NCBI GenBank assembly: GCA_951406725.2
Contig: OX597816.1
Span: 148,552,001-148,616,000, forward strand
Reading direction: 5' to 3'
Source: Octopus vulgaris
Taxonomy: Eukaryota
Length of the DNA: 64,000 nucleotides
A model generated the notes under the pieces. It was not told where the DNA came from. It saw only the letters and a program-made list of their open reading frames with translations, and searched no databases. Positions within the stretch are counted from its first letter, which is position 1, and the number at the start of each line of letters is the position of its first letter. The position numbers and the translations under genes are program-made. Shown in pieces: positions 28,342 to 41,849 of this stretch.

Positions 28342-28760
28342 AGCGTAGGAGTGGCTGTGTGGTAAGTAGCTTGCTTACCAACCACATAGTTCCGGGTTCA
28401 GTCCCACGGCGTGGCACATTGGGTAAGTGTTTTCTACTTTAGCCTCGGGCCGACCAAAGTCTTGTGAGTAGATTTGGTAGACGGAAACTGAAAGAAGCCT
28501 ATCGTATATATGTGTATGTATATATATATATGTGTGTATGTATGTTTGTGTGTCTATGTTTGTCCCTCCAACATCGCTTAACAACCGATGGTAGTGTGTT
28601 TACGTCCCCGTAACTTAGCGGTTCGGCAAAAAAGACCGATAGAATAAGTACTAGGCTTACAAAGAATAAGTCCTGGGGTCGATTTGCTCGACTAAAGGCG
28701 GTGCTCCAGCATGGCCGCAATCAAATGACTGAAACAAGTAAAAGAGTAAAAGAGTAAAAG
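28342..28760 (+). mobile_element. tRNA-derived CORE-like SINE, family B
   Basis: Head gtggctgtgtggtaagtagc...gggttcagtccc, CORE-like ggcacattgggtaagtgtttttctactttagcctcggg, internal TA/TG tract, tail ggtgctccagcatggccgcaatcaaatgactgaaacaa followed by (gtaaaaga)n. Confidence 0.9.
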
Positions 28761-29223
28761 CGAGTAGGGGTGAACATTAGATGAGGATTCCTAAGACTAT
28801 TAATAGTAGCACCCCTACCTCACACAAAACCATTCATTCAGTTTGCTGATTCTTTCAGTCTTACTTCGAAATGGCAGAGGAGAAAGACCCTAATCAAACT
28901 GCACCGGTTGCATATCCAACAGTGAGTAGTCACAGCAGTTGAAACACGTGTAGGTCCCAAAAAGATGCTGTAGATAACATTTAAATAAAATTATGAATGT
29001 GAAAAATCACCGTTCTCCTTATTATTATTACTATTACTTACTCAACTGAATATATGCAGTCCTGAACAGGAAACTCGGATTTGCCCAGCAAGAAAAGTTA
29101 CCAGAGCCTAACAACTTATTGTTAGTTAGAGTACCACATACAGACCGTTGTGGTTAGCCGGCATCTGAAATCGACTTGAGACGAAACACAGTTATCACCA
29201 GAATAATATATCTCTTTAAACTC

Positions 29224-29292
<69 letters not shown>

Positions 29293-29437
29293 TTTGGGTA
29301 TGGTAGATGAGTTCAACAAAATTTTAGGTTCAGATGGTACTTAAGTTGAGGCACCAGAATTTAGTACGGTATTATCCATAAAATTTCAAAGTAAGGTGAT
29401 TAAAATCAAAATAAGCAACAAGGATATCCAGAGGTAA

Positions 29438-29524
29438 TGCTGTACCATCGTTTCATGCAACTCCATTTAATTGAACAATGCAATCATTACATCAATTTAA
29501 AATGCAAAGCAATCTTCAGCTGCA
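29438..29524 (-). ncRNA. Type-I hammerhead ribozyme motif (left arm)
   Basis: Minus strand: tgcag-CTGAAGA-ttgc...gttgcat-GAAAC-gatg-GTA-cagca. Confidence 0.6.
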
Positions 29525-30163
29525 CAAAGACATAGAGTTTAATTCAATTAGGACAGCTGGACAGCTTAGTATAATTATACTTAAAATCTCCAAGAAGTTA
29601 AGGATATAGACAAAGAACATGCCGTCTCACTCCAGTTTAGAAGTTACTGAATTTTCCAAGAAAATATACATTGTTACAGACTCTACCTGTCACTGATTTT
29701 TTGTTTTTATGGGGTCAGTTTTAATTTATAGACTAGTTTATCAAATCCCTTGTATATCTAAGGCTGAGAGAACAGAGTGCAGTGTCTGTTAGGGGTAGGG
29801 CTGAGGGAGCAGACAGACATCATAGTGGGTATAGTCATAAAAATTAAGATATATTAGAAACAATATCATGAGGTTTGGTAAAGGAAAACTTAAAACAAGA
29901 TGTTAGCTGACAATTAAGGGGATCACCCACTTGCAGACCATTGATAATGAAACAGGGGAAGTTTTATCATATAATACTATAGTTAAAAAAGAATCAGTGA
30001 CAGTGAGAGTCTGTAACAATGTATATCTTCTTGGAAAATTCAGTAACTTCTAAACTGGAGCGAGACAGCATGTTCTTTGTCTATCTCTTTAACTTCTTGG
30101 AGATTTTAGTTATAATTATATTAATGTGTCCATCTGTTCTAATTTAATTAAATTCTGTCTTTG

Positions 30164-30250
30164 TGCAGCTGAAGATTGCTCTGCATTTTAAATTGATGTA
30201 ATGATTGCATTGTTCAATTAAATGGAGTTGCATGAAACGATCGTACAGCA
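30164..30250 (+). ncRNA. Type-I hammerhead ribozyme motif (right arm)
   Basis: tgcag-CTGAAGA(30169)-T-TGC...long AT-rich stem...GCA-T-GAAAC(30234)-GATC-GTA-cagca. Palindromic stem III ACGATCGT. Confidence 0.7.
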
Positions 30251-30282
30251 TTACCTCTGAATATCCTTGTTGCTTATTTTGA

Positions 30283-30325
<43 letters not shown>

Positions 30326-32189
30326 AACATACATGCATACATGCTTGCCGGAGTGTTTATGTAACTATGTTTAAATATGAAGAAATTTCAATGCTAGCTA
30401 ATAATAAAATCTATTTCGATTGCCCCATTTTTTATTTGGTGCTTGGGTTTGCTGCGAATAGAATCGACTGCTTTGTTTTAGGTCTAAATAACGGAAATGT
30501 CCCAGGTAGCTTAAATGCCACTCACAGACAGAATTACAATTCAATAGAAATGTGCCAATGAAAAGATGCAGAAACCCGGCAAAACATCTTGAAATAGTAG
30601 GTTCGTCCATTTTCTTGTATATGTGTGCGTGTGTGTATGTGTGTATGCGTATGTATGTTTGTATATGTGTGATTTAGTTAAACGTTTATGAATACAGTCC
30701 TCAGCTAGCATTAATCCACGGGGTACTACTGATTTTAAAGTGTAAGCCGCTTAACTGTTTTCCTCCTTAAGAAAGTAGAAACTTCCTTCAGGATATGTTG
30801 TTGAGATAAATATTATATCGGGTGAAGGAAGTAGCAGCCTTTTTTCATACAAATCGATGGCTATAATATATAAAATGTTTCAACTTTTTTTTAGTTAATA
30901 ATATATTATACTTATTCGTAAAATAGATCAAATATATATACATTTTTATGTGTACACAGTTACCTTTATTGCTACCTTTGATATATACATCATCTCAAAC
31001 ATAGCATGTAATTATATTTCTTACAGTAAGAGACGATAATTTAATGTTTTCGTATGACTCTTAACTTTGATTCTAACTTATATATATCCCTTGAGGTTTC
31101 CATTGCGCAGTTTGTATTATATACCCATACATCTTTAGCTGTGAGTTGTGAGCTATGGAAAGTATTAACGAAAAAAATGCAATCATAGGAAATAAATTTT
31201 TATTCAGGCGAATCGTGAGTGGATTCAGAATTATTGTATGTTTTTAAGATTGTTGTCGAATTGAGTTAGTAAAGTTCTGAAGGCTGGTTTAAAAAACAAA
31301 AATTAAATATTTGGAATTGTAGGCAAGTAGCAGTACTAGCTGAACTTTGGGTTTTGAATAACTGCTGATTGTCGCTGTTAAGAGATTCGTCGGGTGGCCG
31401 CTAGCGAACTGACAGCACAATTGATGACTTCTTGTCTGGTTTACTGACTCACAGACTACAAAAGCTTGTGTGTGTATTTTGTTCCTTTTTTTTTATAAGA
31501 ATGTTGATGTGTGTGTTTTTTATTTTTTATAAGAATGTTTGGTGTATGTGTATTGGAGTGTATGGTAAATGACTTTGCAGACGTTGTTTACGAGCCGATA
31601 TATTTTTCAGATATTATATTGAGATATCGACTCATTCTTAATATGATCTGGAAAATTTGAACGCGAAAATTTAATCGTTGTTGTGTTTTCGTTATCGGAG
31701 AACAGAAAACCTCTTCCCTTTAGACGATGTGTATTCATGGCACACGCGAAGCACTGGAATAAAGAAATTTGAGATTCGGCAGTGTTTTAACCTTGTTTTT
31801 CTCCTCTGTCAAGAAATCTATCCCGCTGGATCAATGAATTTCACAAAAGTACGAACTTTTGTTTATAGAAATCAGTAAGTTGATTATTTGTTGATGGGTT
31901 CTGTTGCTCGCCAAACACAATAATTCAGAAGGGGCATGCAGAAAAACGAGAACCTAAACAGTAATGTATCCATTCATTCTTAATACATTCAAGCCCTTGC
32001 ATGCTGCTTTTCCAATGAACTTTGTGTTAAAGGATCCCTTTATTGTGATTTTTTAGTGCGAAACCAAGCGAAGATGAGGGAGCAGCGTAATCGAGGCACT
32101 TCTCTTTGTATTTTAAGTGGTTATCAGTAATATATTTTTCGTATGTTGTGATGGACTCCTCGCGCATACACTAACTCCTACAGAACAGC

Positions 32190-32550
32190 AGTATTCAGGG
32201 TTAGTCTGTACAGTACTCGTCATCCAAACTCATCAGACCCAAGATGACATACGTAAGAAATGAGATCCACAGGATAAGCAGTAAATGCAGCGAAGCAGGA
32301 GACAAAGAGAACCAGCACCAAGCAATTCCGAAAAGTCCTTATAGAGAATGGCTATCCATACTCTTTCACGACATCATGAGACTACTCAAGAAAGCCCACA
32401 CATCAAATGATAACATGCCAAACTTTAATGAGAAAACGACTGCTGCAATCCGTCAGACGATCCGTCTGGAGGGATTGATTATACGTTTGGCACTATCCGA
32501 ACTCTCCCAAAGTGGTTCCGAATTAAAAACCAACACACAACAACGCTGAT
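32190..32550 (+). mobile_element. Penelope-like RT C-terminal/linker remnant
   Basis: VRNEIHRISSKCS...FRKVLIENGYP, then MPNFNEKTTAAIRQTIRLEGLIIRLA. The NGYP motif is typical of Penelope-like elements. Confidence 0.6.
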
Positions 32551-33157
32551 TAACTTTTCCTGAAGAAGGGTTCTTACTACATCTTATTTCCTTTGTTTCG
32601 TTTTTCTTGCAACTCATTCTTTTGACTTTTCAAATACAAAAAGATTACAATGTGTATGTTCTGATAGCGAAGATAGTTTTAATAATTCAAGAAAGAATTT
32701 ATATTGTATGTTACTAATATATACTTTTATTCGTCTTTAATGCTCAAACCATGCCACTAACCGCTCTGACCTATTTCTCTACTCCTTTTGCACATATCTA
32801 AGTATTCTGCTTGCTAGAGACCGGGTGGAACAATTACTGTCTTGATGAGGCCTACTGATTCAGCGGCACGTCTATGGCAGACCCAGTATCTCTAGACAAT
32901 CAAATTGCATTTCCCTTAATGGCATATCCATTTTGGTCATTCAATAAAATTATCTCCCCTTTTCATTTGAAGCTGGTACTGATACCATCAAGCTATTGTA
33001 CAACCCTCTCTAATGGCGGAGTTCATTTCAGAAAGTCAATACTTAATTAATATACCCTCAGTCGTCTTTGATGTTCAATTATTTGCGAGTAGCCACTTTT
33101 AATGATTTATATTAGCTCCTTTGTGTTTTATTATGATTTGTGTGTGTGTGTGTGTGT

Positions 33158-33210
<53 letters not shown>

Positions 33211-34179
33211 CAATTTCACATTAATACGTTTTTCTTCTTTAGTCCAAGGAGATTTGACTGTTGATATAAGGTCAAAGAAAATAAGGAAAGGATCTCAGAA
33301 GTATTTAAAACTTTGCAATCCTAGGGAATACGGATGGAGGAGTAATTAGCGTGAAGTTTTGTTTATGAGACCGTGAGAAGATGAGGCGGGGAATAGAAAG
33401 ATATTTTAGTAGGTTTTGACATTGAATCAATTCATTTGATACGCTAATTGTGCAGTCTACACCGTTAAATCATTTATTATTAACATCCTGATTAAATGAG
33501 AATGCAGAGTTTTGACTACAACGAAGCTGACTATACTTTATCTATGTCAAAATTGATTAACTGATTTACAACTCATTTATAGATTTATTCCATGACGTTC
33601 CAGCCGTGACTATCCTCTCATTTCTTCTGGTGCAGCTTATCTAAGACCACATTGATAAAAGATTCTTGTGACAGATATGTACACACATTTTAGCATGTCG
33701 GAAGACGAGAGACCGGGTAATGACTCTCTGAGTGTATTAATGCAAAACACCTATAGAACAAAGTTATATTTACACAAAATGCTGATGAGAATTAAGAGTG
33801 TTTCTGTATAAAACTTTTACTGATAATTAGTCTTAGCAAGATATATTTTTATGACAGAAAACAAGATTATAAATACTTTTAATATCACTTCTGTTAACCG
33901 ACATAAAATATTAAAACATAGCAGACAAAATTTCTCAAGTATATTACATTTGTATAAAATCATTTCTGCTGATTTCATGGGAAAAAAAAACTTGAATTAC
34001 AGTTTGATATCATATTTAAAAAGAAAATACAGAGACAGATTCATGAACTTAAATACATTGAGAAGCTTTCTTTTATTTCTTTCCTTTATTACAATGATTC
34101 ACACGCACAGATAAGTATCAGCCATACTGTCTAGACATATCTTTTTGGAATGAAAATATTCTTGGATAAAATGGAATTG

Positions 34180-34287
<108 letters not shown>

Positions 34288-34292
34288 ATATA

Positions 34293-34333
<41 letters not shown>

Positions 34334-34404
34334 GTATATGTATATGTGTATATATATATATATTATATATTTATATATTATATATATGCACACATCTCTC
34401 TCTT

Positions 34405-34494
<90 letters not shown>

Positions 34495-34622
34495 TATATT
34501 TGTTTCGTCCTGTGCATTTGAGTTGTTAAAAAAATTATTTCTTTTTATAGGCGAACCACAATCAAATACACATGCTTGACATTGCAATGTATTCTTTATT
34601 TTAAGCACCCATTTCAACTTAA

Positions 34623-35744
34623 ATAACTTCTTTTGTTTAAATATCGAATGGAAATGAAATGAATATTCAATACACGCACACAGATAGCCAGCTACATATG
34701 TATGTATATATTCATGCAGCAATGTGTGTATGATATAAGTTTTGATGTTTATCTTGAGACCAAATTTCTTTAAGCACATATCGTTAACCAGCATGCTGTC
34801 GTCTGCATACAGTATTTCTGAGTATTTCTCACTTATACAGATCTGAGTATTTCTCACTTTTGCTCAAAATTTTGCGTCGCTAAAGAGGTAGTGTATGTGT
34901 GTGGATGTATGTTTGTTTGTGTGCGTGTGCGTGTGTGTGTGTGTATGTGGTGTATACTTATCTGCGTATGTATATTTTATCTTTTACATGTTTCGAAGAA
35001 TTTTATATGAACGAATCGACCCCAGCACTTACTTTGTTTGAGCCTGGTACTGTCAATGCATCGAATGGCAAAAGTAATATTTAAAAAACTTCATACAGCG
35101 TTGGCAAAAATTGGCGGTGTTCCATCCTGCTGAAACTATGTGCGAGCTCTTTATTCGGTAGATAAATCATTTATTAGAGGCATCAATAAAGATTTGAGCA
35201 TTCGTAAATATGTCACAATTCACTGTACTGTCGAACAAGTAGGATCCAATTATTCTTTCACTTCTCGTGCCAGCCCACACCGTAACCCAAGGGTTGTACA
35301 GAGAATTGTTGTAATCTATCCAACATGGACTGGCATCTGACCAATACTGGGCGTTATGCCTGTTCGTCTATCCAGTACGATGAAAGATACCTACATCCAA
35401 AGAGATAATGTTTTTAATAAATTGTTGGGTTTTAGAAAAGATCCAATCACAGAATCCCATTCTATGGTCTGCTGGTTAACGATATGTGCTTAAAGAAATT
35501 TGGTCTCAAGATAAACATCAAAACTTATATCATACCCACATTGCTGCATGAATATATACATACATATGTAGCTGGCTATCTGTGTGCGTGTATTGAATAT
35601 TCATTTCATTTCCATTTGATATTTAAACAAAAGAAGTTATGTTCGTCTATCCCGTACGATGAAAGATACCTACATCCAAAGAGATAATGTTTTCAATAAA
35701 TTGTTGGGTTTTAGAAAAGATCCAATCACAGAATCCCATTCTAT
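34623..35744. repeat. 171-bp inverted duplication (34623-34793 vs 35470-35640) bracketed by a 105-bp direct repeat (35361-35465 and 35640-35744)
   Basis: Direct alignment; 2 mismatches in the inverted copy and 2 in the direct repeat. Confidence 0.95.
34735..34820 (-). mobile_element. Tiny LINE RT fragment
   Basis: EILYADDSML...KKFGLKINIKT (RT motif C region). Confidence 0.55.
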
Positions 35745-36129
35745 CGTCATGTAACTTCTGAACAAAATGGATTTTATACGGATGGAAAACATGCATTTTT
35801 TAAATACGCTGAACTGAACACATGTTGACACTAGTTTCTTGAGATAGTTTTCTTGACTTTATTGGACTCCGTTGAATATGAGTAAGTACATGCGTTATGG
35901 TTACTTCATCTTTTGTTGTTCCTGGTCTATCCCTACGTTCTCGATTATGGGTTAAAGCTAAACAGTACTATCCTTCTCTCTGAAACTGTACATTCTTTAT
36001 TTGGAATATCTCCTGAAAGGATAACTCGTCGGTTGTTCCATCTGTTTGTGTACTGGTGTTACGCCCTTTTATATACTAAAAACCTTAACTGAAATTTTTT
36101 TATATACCCAGGCATTTTCTCCATTTTTT

Positions 36130-38095
36130 AGGAGTGGGTAGCCACAAGACACACACCAGGCATTTCATTCACTTCCCAGCTCAAAGAAGCGAACCTCGTT
36201 CTATGTTCGGGTCAAGGCATAGAACGCAACCCTCAATATCAGCAGCGGAGCCCGACAATACATGCTGATTTATCCCCCCACCACCACCACCACTGCCGCA
36301 TCATGCTGATTCCGTACCCCTTTGAGCAACATCAAATTCATTCATTCGTCCTAAAACTCTCCAAGCTTTCCTACATTTATGAACACTCTTGCCTCTCTCA
36401 CTCCAACACCTCTAACCACCAAAGCTTTCCTCACTCAGACATCTCATATGAAACACACCTAGTCGCCTCTTTTCTGCCTCTCTCAGCCCCAATGTCGGCA
36501 CAATCATGCCCTCATACACACCTCTTTTCGCTTTCACACTCAATCTTTTTTCCTCTCAGCATACCTTTCACCACTCCATGTATTTTACTCCCCTCCCTCA
36601 CTCTGTATCCCACCTCCTCAGCCAACCCCCATGCGCCGATACACATGTGATCCCAGATACTTAAAAACACTCACCTCCTCTAACATCTCACCTTTCATAC
36701 TCACATTCATCCTACTAGCAATTCCATCTCTTGAACATCTCATCACCTTACTTTTAGCTACATTCACTTTCAGTTTCCTCCTGTCACACACTTTTCCAAA
36801 CTGTATCACCAGTCTCCTCAGCTGTGCTTCCGAATCCACCACCAGTGATGTGTCATCAGCAAACAGCAACTGACTCACCTGTCATTTCTCTCCATGTTCT
36901 CCTACCATTTGGGCTCCCCTACCAAAAGTTCTAGCATTTACCTCTCTCACCACGCCATTCATATATAAATTAACAGCCATGGAGACATCACACAATCTTG
37001 TCTTGCCCTCACATTCACATCAAATCACTCACTTACTTCACCACAAACCCTAACGCACATCCTGATTTTTCTATAAAAACTGAACAGCTCTCAATCTAAC
37101 ATCTACTCCATCCAACCGCAACACCTGCCACATTGCATCCCTATCCACTCGGTCATATGCCTTCTCTAGGTCCATAAAGGCCTAATACACCTCCCTCTCT
37201 TTTGCCAAGAACTTCTCACACATCCGCCTTACTACAAATATATGATCTGCACACCCCCTTCCACTCCTAAAAGCACACTGCTCCTCCACCAGTACACTCT
37301 CTGTCTTGTTCCTCATACTAAGAACCAGAATTCTCTCATACAGTTTACCAGCCACCCACAACAGACTTATACCCCTAAACTTTCCACACTCACATTTATC
37401 CCCTTTACCTTTGTACAGTGGCACTATACAGGCAATGCACTAGTACTCTTCCAGCCATATAACAAAACATTCATAAGTCTCACTTACCATTCAATCACTG
37501 TCACTCCTCCTTTCTTTAGGTATTCCACTGTACACACATCTATACCTGGCGCCTTCCGGTTTGCCATCTTCCTCAAGGATTCCCTCACCTCCGCTCTTCC
37601 AGTTGCACCGTAGTTCCCTAACAACGGGCATTCTCCTCTCTCCTCCTATAATTACTATACTTGCTTCCCTATCATTCTCCACATTTAACAGCTCACTAAA
37701 ACACCCTACCCATCTCCTTTGTACATCCTCACTTCCTTTCAGCAAATTTGCATTTACATCTAAAACCCTTCCTTCCCTTCCTCCAAACACCCTTCTTACC
37801 CTCTGTACCCCTTCCCAAAACATCTTTTTATTTCTTACAAAATTTTCATTCGACTTTTTCCCAAACCTTTAATTTGCCTCCCATTTCGCCACTCTCACCA
37901 CTCTCTTTACTTTCCTCTTCACTTCTCTGTAGCGATCATAAGCCTCTCCATCCCCTTTCTGCTGCCACTCTTCAAAGGACCTTTTTTTCTCTGCCACCGC
38001 ACCCCTTACCTGTTCATTCCACCACTCACTACCCTTCCTCACACCCATTCCAACCACTCGTGTGTCACTTACCTCAGCGCGCATCTCGCTGTTCT
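36130..38095 (-). mobile_element. RTE-clade LINE, 5'-truncated, decayed
   Basis: GSEWWNEQV, PLYKGKGDKCECGKFRGISLL, EEQCAFRSGRGCADHIF, AFMDLEKAYDRVDR, SQLLFADDT, LKVNVAKSKVM, FKYLGS. Confidence 0.92.
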
Positions 38096-38119
38096 GAGTA
38101 AAACTATAAACTACATTCG

Positions 38120-38350
38120 GAAGTAGGACACTGGGGCCCTGATTTCAGGGTTTGAGGAGTGTGGAACTACCTCTTAGCCACTATTGTTCCCAGGTGTACT
38201 CTGGCCCGGAGTGGCAGTGTAAGCGTCCCAGCTATGGGTTAGCTAGCAAACCCCACTGCGTCTGGGGGAATCGGTAGAATGCAGCCACTGTATTCCCTGT
38301 TTGGCGTAAGAGGCGACTAAAAGGAGTGGGAGCGAGGGAACTGGGAATCC
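38120..38350 (+). mobile_element. SINE-like or LINE 5' UTR-like interspersed repeat fragment
   Basis: GC-rich island with ctctggcccggagtgg and cgtaagaggcgactaaaagg, motifs I recall from invertebrate SINE/RTE 5' regions. Family not assigned. Confidence 0.4.
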
Positions 38351-39817
38351 TTTCCTTCTAGCAAATCCATACTCCTAAAAAGACAGCAAGAAAAAGAACT
38401 GAAATATGAAAATACAAATATTCATACAGCGAAATTAACAAAAGGACAAAAAAAAAAGAAGTCAATTTGGATAAAGGGATAGAGGACGTAGCTAACTTCA
38501 CTTTAAAATTTCTCAAAATGAACCCTATTTGTAGGCTTATAAGCTCAGCGGAAGCGGAAATATGATTAATAAGTACAAAGACCTTGAGAAATATACAAAA
38601 CTAGAATTAAGAGTCAAACTAGATCCATTTATTGTTAATACAGGTGACTTATACCATTGATAATATATTTTATTTACGGCCAAATTTAATCCGTTCCATA
38701 TCGTATCATTCCTACCTCTGATGTCTAGATCTGTACTAGATACGGTCCTGGATTTCGCCAAAGGATTTGTTTGCAGACTTGAAATAAAACAAGAAATTAA
38801 TACACATGTATATAAATAATGAAAAGTAAACAGTATCAACAAGCTTATTCATCATTAGTATGAGTTCATATAACAACGTGGATATATGCAACCTAATTGG
38901 TCTGCTATATACTGATCGTTATTCGGGCATCCAAGTAGGGCTTGTAACTCTAAATTTAAAAATAAAATCATTCAACGTATAAGTTAAATCAAGGCAATGT
39001 ATTCTTGTTAGACACTTATTAACATAAATAAATGTTTTTCAATTATAAAAATTTTCAATTTATTGATAACGTATGCTTGACTACATTTGATATTAATTTT
39101 ATGATTACAAAGAACAGCTCCAAGCGAAAAAGTCTGCAATCACATTCTCCCGCATGAATGCATATATGCATGGATGTAGTGTGTGTGTGTATGTATATGC
39201 ATTATGTTTGCATATATGCGCATACACATAGACACACATACATACATGTGTGTGTGAGTTCTAAGATATAGCATCACTGTAACTACCAATCTCAATAACG
39301 TGATTCTTAGATATATTGTTAAGTTTAGAATCTAATGCTTACAACCCTCCCTAATCAGCATCCATGATGTAAATGTTACAGACCTGATCAGTAATATTTG
39401 TAGAAATGTTTCTAATCTTTCATTCATTAAAGAAATTTTTAATAATGTGTCCTTCTAATGCAACCAAGATACATACACACACACACAAACACACACATAC
39501 ATATATACATACATACACACGCATACATACATACATACATACATACATACATACATACATACATACATACATACATGCCTGCATGCATGCATGCATACAT
39601 ACATACATACATACATACATACATACATACATACATACATACATACATACATACATACATACATACATGCTGTCATGGCTATATGGTTAAGGAATTCGAT
39701 TTGCACTAACGAGTTCAATCCCTATACCATAGTTAAAGATTCGATTGAACAATACCACCATGAGATTGAAACTTGATAGAGACAAAACATAGTGAAGAAA
39801 GAGAGAGAGAGAGAGAG

Positions 39818-39890
<73 letters not shown>

Positions 39891-39989
39891 GATTATAACG
39901 GCTGTATTTTTCAACTGATTTTCTCCAAACTAGGGACATACATTACTTATGTTCCAGAGATGGTTTTAGACTCTGAAAAGTTTTCACAT

Positions 39990-41035
39990 AGTGAGTAACT
40001 GGCCCCCTAGGAGCAGAAAACACCTGTTCCTATGAGATTCACGTTTTGAAAGTTTTTTTTAATATTTACTCCCGGTTTTCTACCGGCAGTGACGTCTATA
40101 TCTCTTTATCTATATCTCTCTATCCATCTCTATCTCTATATATATCTCTCTGTATCTATCTGTCTATAACTTATCTATCTATATCTATCTTATTTGTCTA
40201 CCTAAGTAGCTAGCTCTCTCCCTCTCTATCGTTTTCACTTTCATTTTTCAGACGCTATTGTTTCCACGGTAAGTTTTTCAATCGCTATTTACAAAAAACA
40301 ACGACAAATTACTGGCAGAAAGATGTTCACAATTACTGATGAAAGTAATTTCATACATAACTTACTGACAGAAGTAACTTCATAAATTTCACCTCAATCT
40401 GTACATTTCGTTAAATTTGCCAACAAATTTCTTATTTACTTTTGCAACGTTTTGTGTTTCTCTTTTGTTTGTTTTTGTTTTTTATGATGGAATTACTGGT
40501 GAAAGTAAGTTCATAATTTACTGACAGAAGTAACTTCAAAAACTTCACTTAAATATGCACACTTAGTTAATTTCCGTAAAAAATTCTTATTTACTTTTGC
40601 AACAGTTTTGTGTTTTTCTGTTGATAACGGCTTTTTTCCTGGTTCCTTCGATACTGGTTCTTTGGTTCACTGACAAATTTCGCTTCAACGTGTACAATTA
40701 TTTATTTTCCGTAAAAATTTTATTTACTTTCTGTCCGTTGTAGTAAGAAATATAGTGTCCGTTATCCAGTTATTTTCATTGTTTTCTATCTTCTGCACAC
40801 GTATATTTCTGTATACGTATATAACCATTCCTAGGAGGAAAGTGTCAAATTTGACTACAATGTCAAGGTCAGCCAAAAGAATGTCTCTCTCCGAGGAAAG
40901 AGAAGTAGCTGCAGAAAGGGAAGCATACCAAGAAACGAACCGACTGCGCACTACAAAAGCTAGAACATCTCCAATAGATGAACAGACGTATGCACGGCTG
41001 ACAAGGAATAGGATCTCCACTGCAGATCTTCTATT
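39990..41035 (+). mobile_element. Probable Helitron 5' fragment (microsatellite, diverged ~155-bp direct repeats, Rep-helicase-like N-terminus)
   Basis: 40827-41025 encodes IPRRKVSNLTTMSRSAKRMSLSEEREVAAEREAYQETNRLRTTKARTSPIDEQTYARL, like the R/E-rich start of animal Helitron ORFs. Repeats at about 40335-40470 vs 40492-40625. Confidence 0.5.
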
Positions 41036-41166
41036 CAATTTTAAGTCTTATATAAGTCTTATATGAAGTCTTATATAAGTCTTATATGAAGTCTTATATA
41101 AATTTTTTTATGTATTGGATTAAGTCTTTCTTTGATTGATTTGCATAATAGTGATTTTGTCTCTAA

Positions 41167-41342
<176 letters not shown>

Positions 41343-41654
41343 CCATAAGAGAGAAGAACTTTTCCATGGCAACTTCTGTGAATTTGCCTTTAGAAATTAA
41401 AATATGTCATAAATATATTCTAACTAACCTAGAATTCGTTTAATCTTCATGAATACCCTCTTCGGTATTTCCCGCTGAGAAAGGCTAAAGAGGAAGCAGT
41501 TGGCAGATGTGGTGTTTTTCCCTTTTTACCATACGAAGGAATTTTTCGCTACAGTAGCTGCAGTCAATTTACCTTTCAAAGTTAAAATGTTACAAACATA
41601 TTTTAACTAACCTAAAGCTCGTTTATTCTTCATCACTACTTGACGCTGACGTTG

Positions 41655-41690
<36 letters not shown>

Positions 41691-41793
41691 CGCAACCAAA
41701 CTTCCACATGTTACTTTTGACAATCTTTTTCCAAAGAGTGAAACCGGTAAAGTAAATAAACATCTTTTAAATTGCATTTTCAAACCTTCTTTC

Positions 41794-41841
<48 letters not shown>

Positions 41842-41849
<8 letters not shown>

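Larger units (their letters stand above)
29293..30284. mobile_element. Fold-back element (arms about 29404-29702 and 29985-30284) between two (TA)n tracts, each arm carrying a hammerhead motif
   Basis: The arms are reverse complements over about 300 bp. A third partial copy lies at 1658-1876. Confidence 0.9.

Noticed and set aside
32836-32900. tgtc-TTGATGAGGCC...ggcagacc...agaca downstream of the Penelope remnant
   Set aside because: The GAAA box is missing; plausible relic but not supportable.
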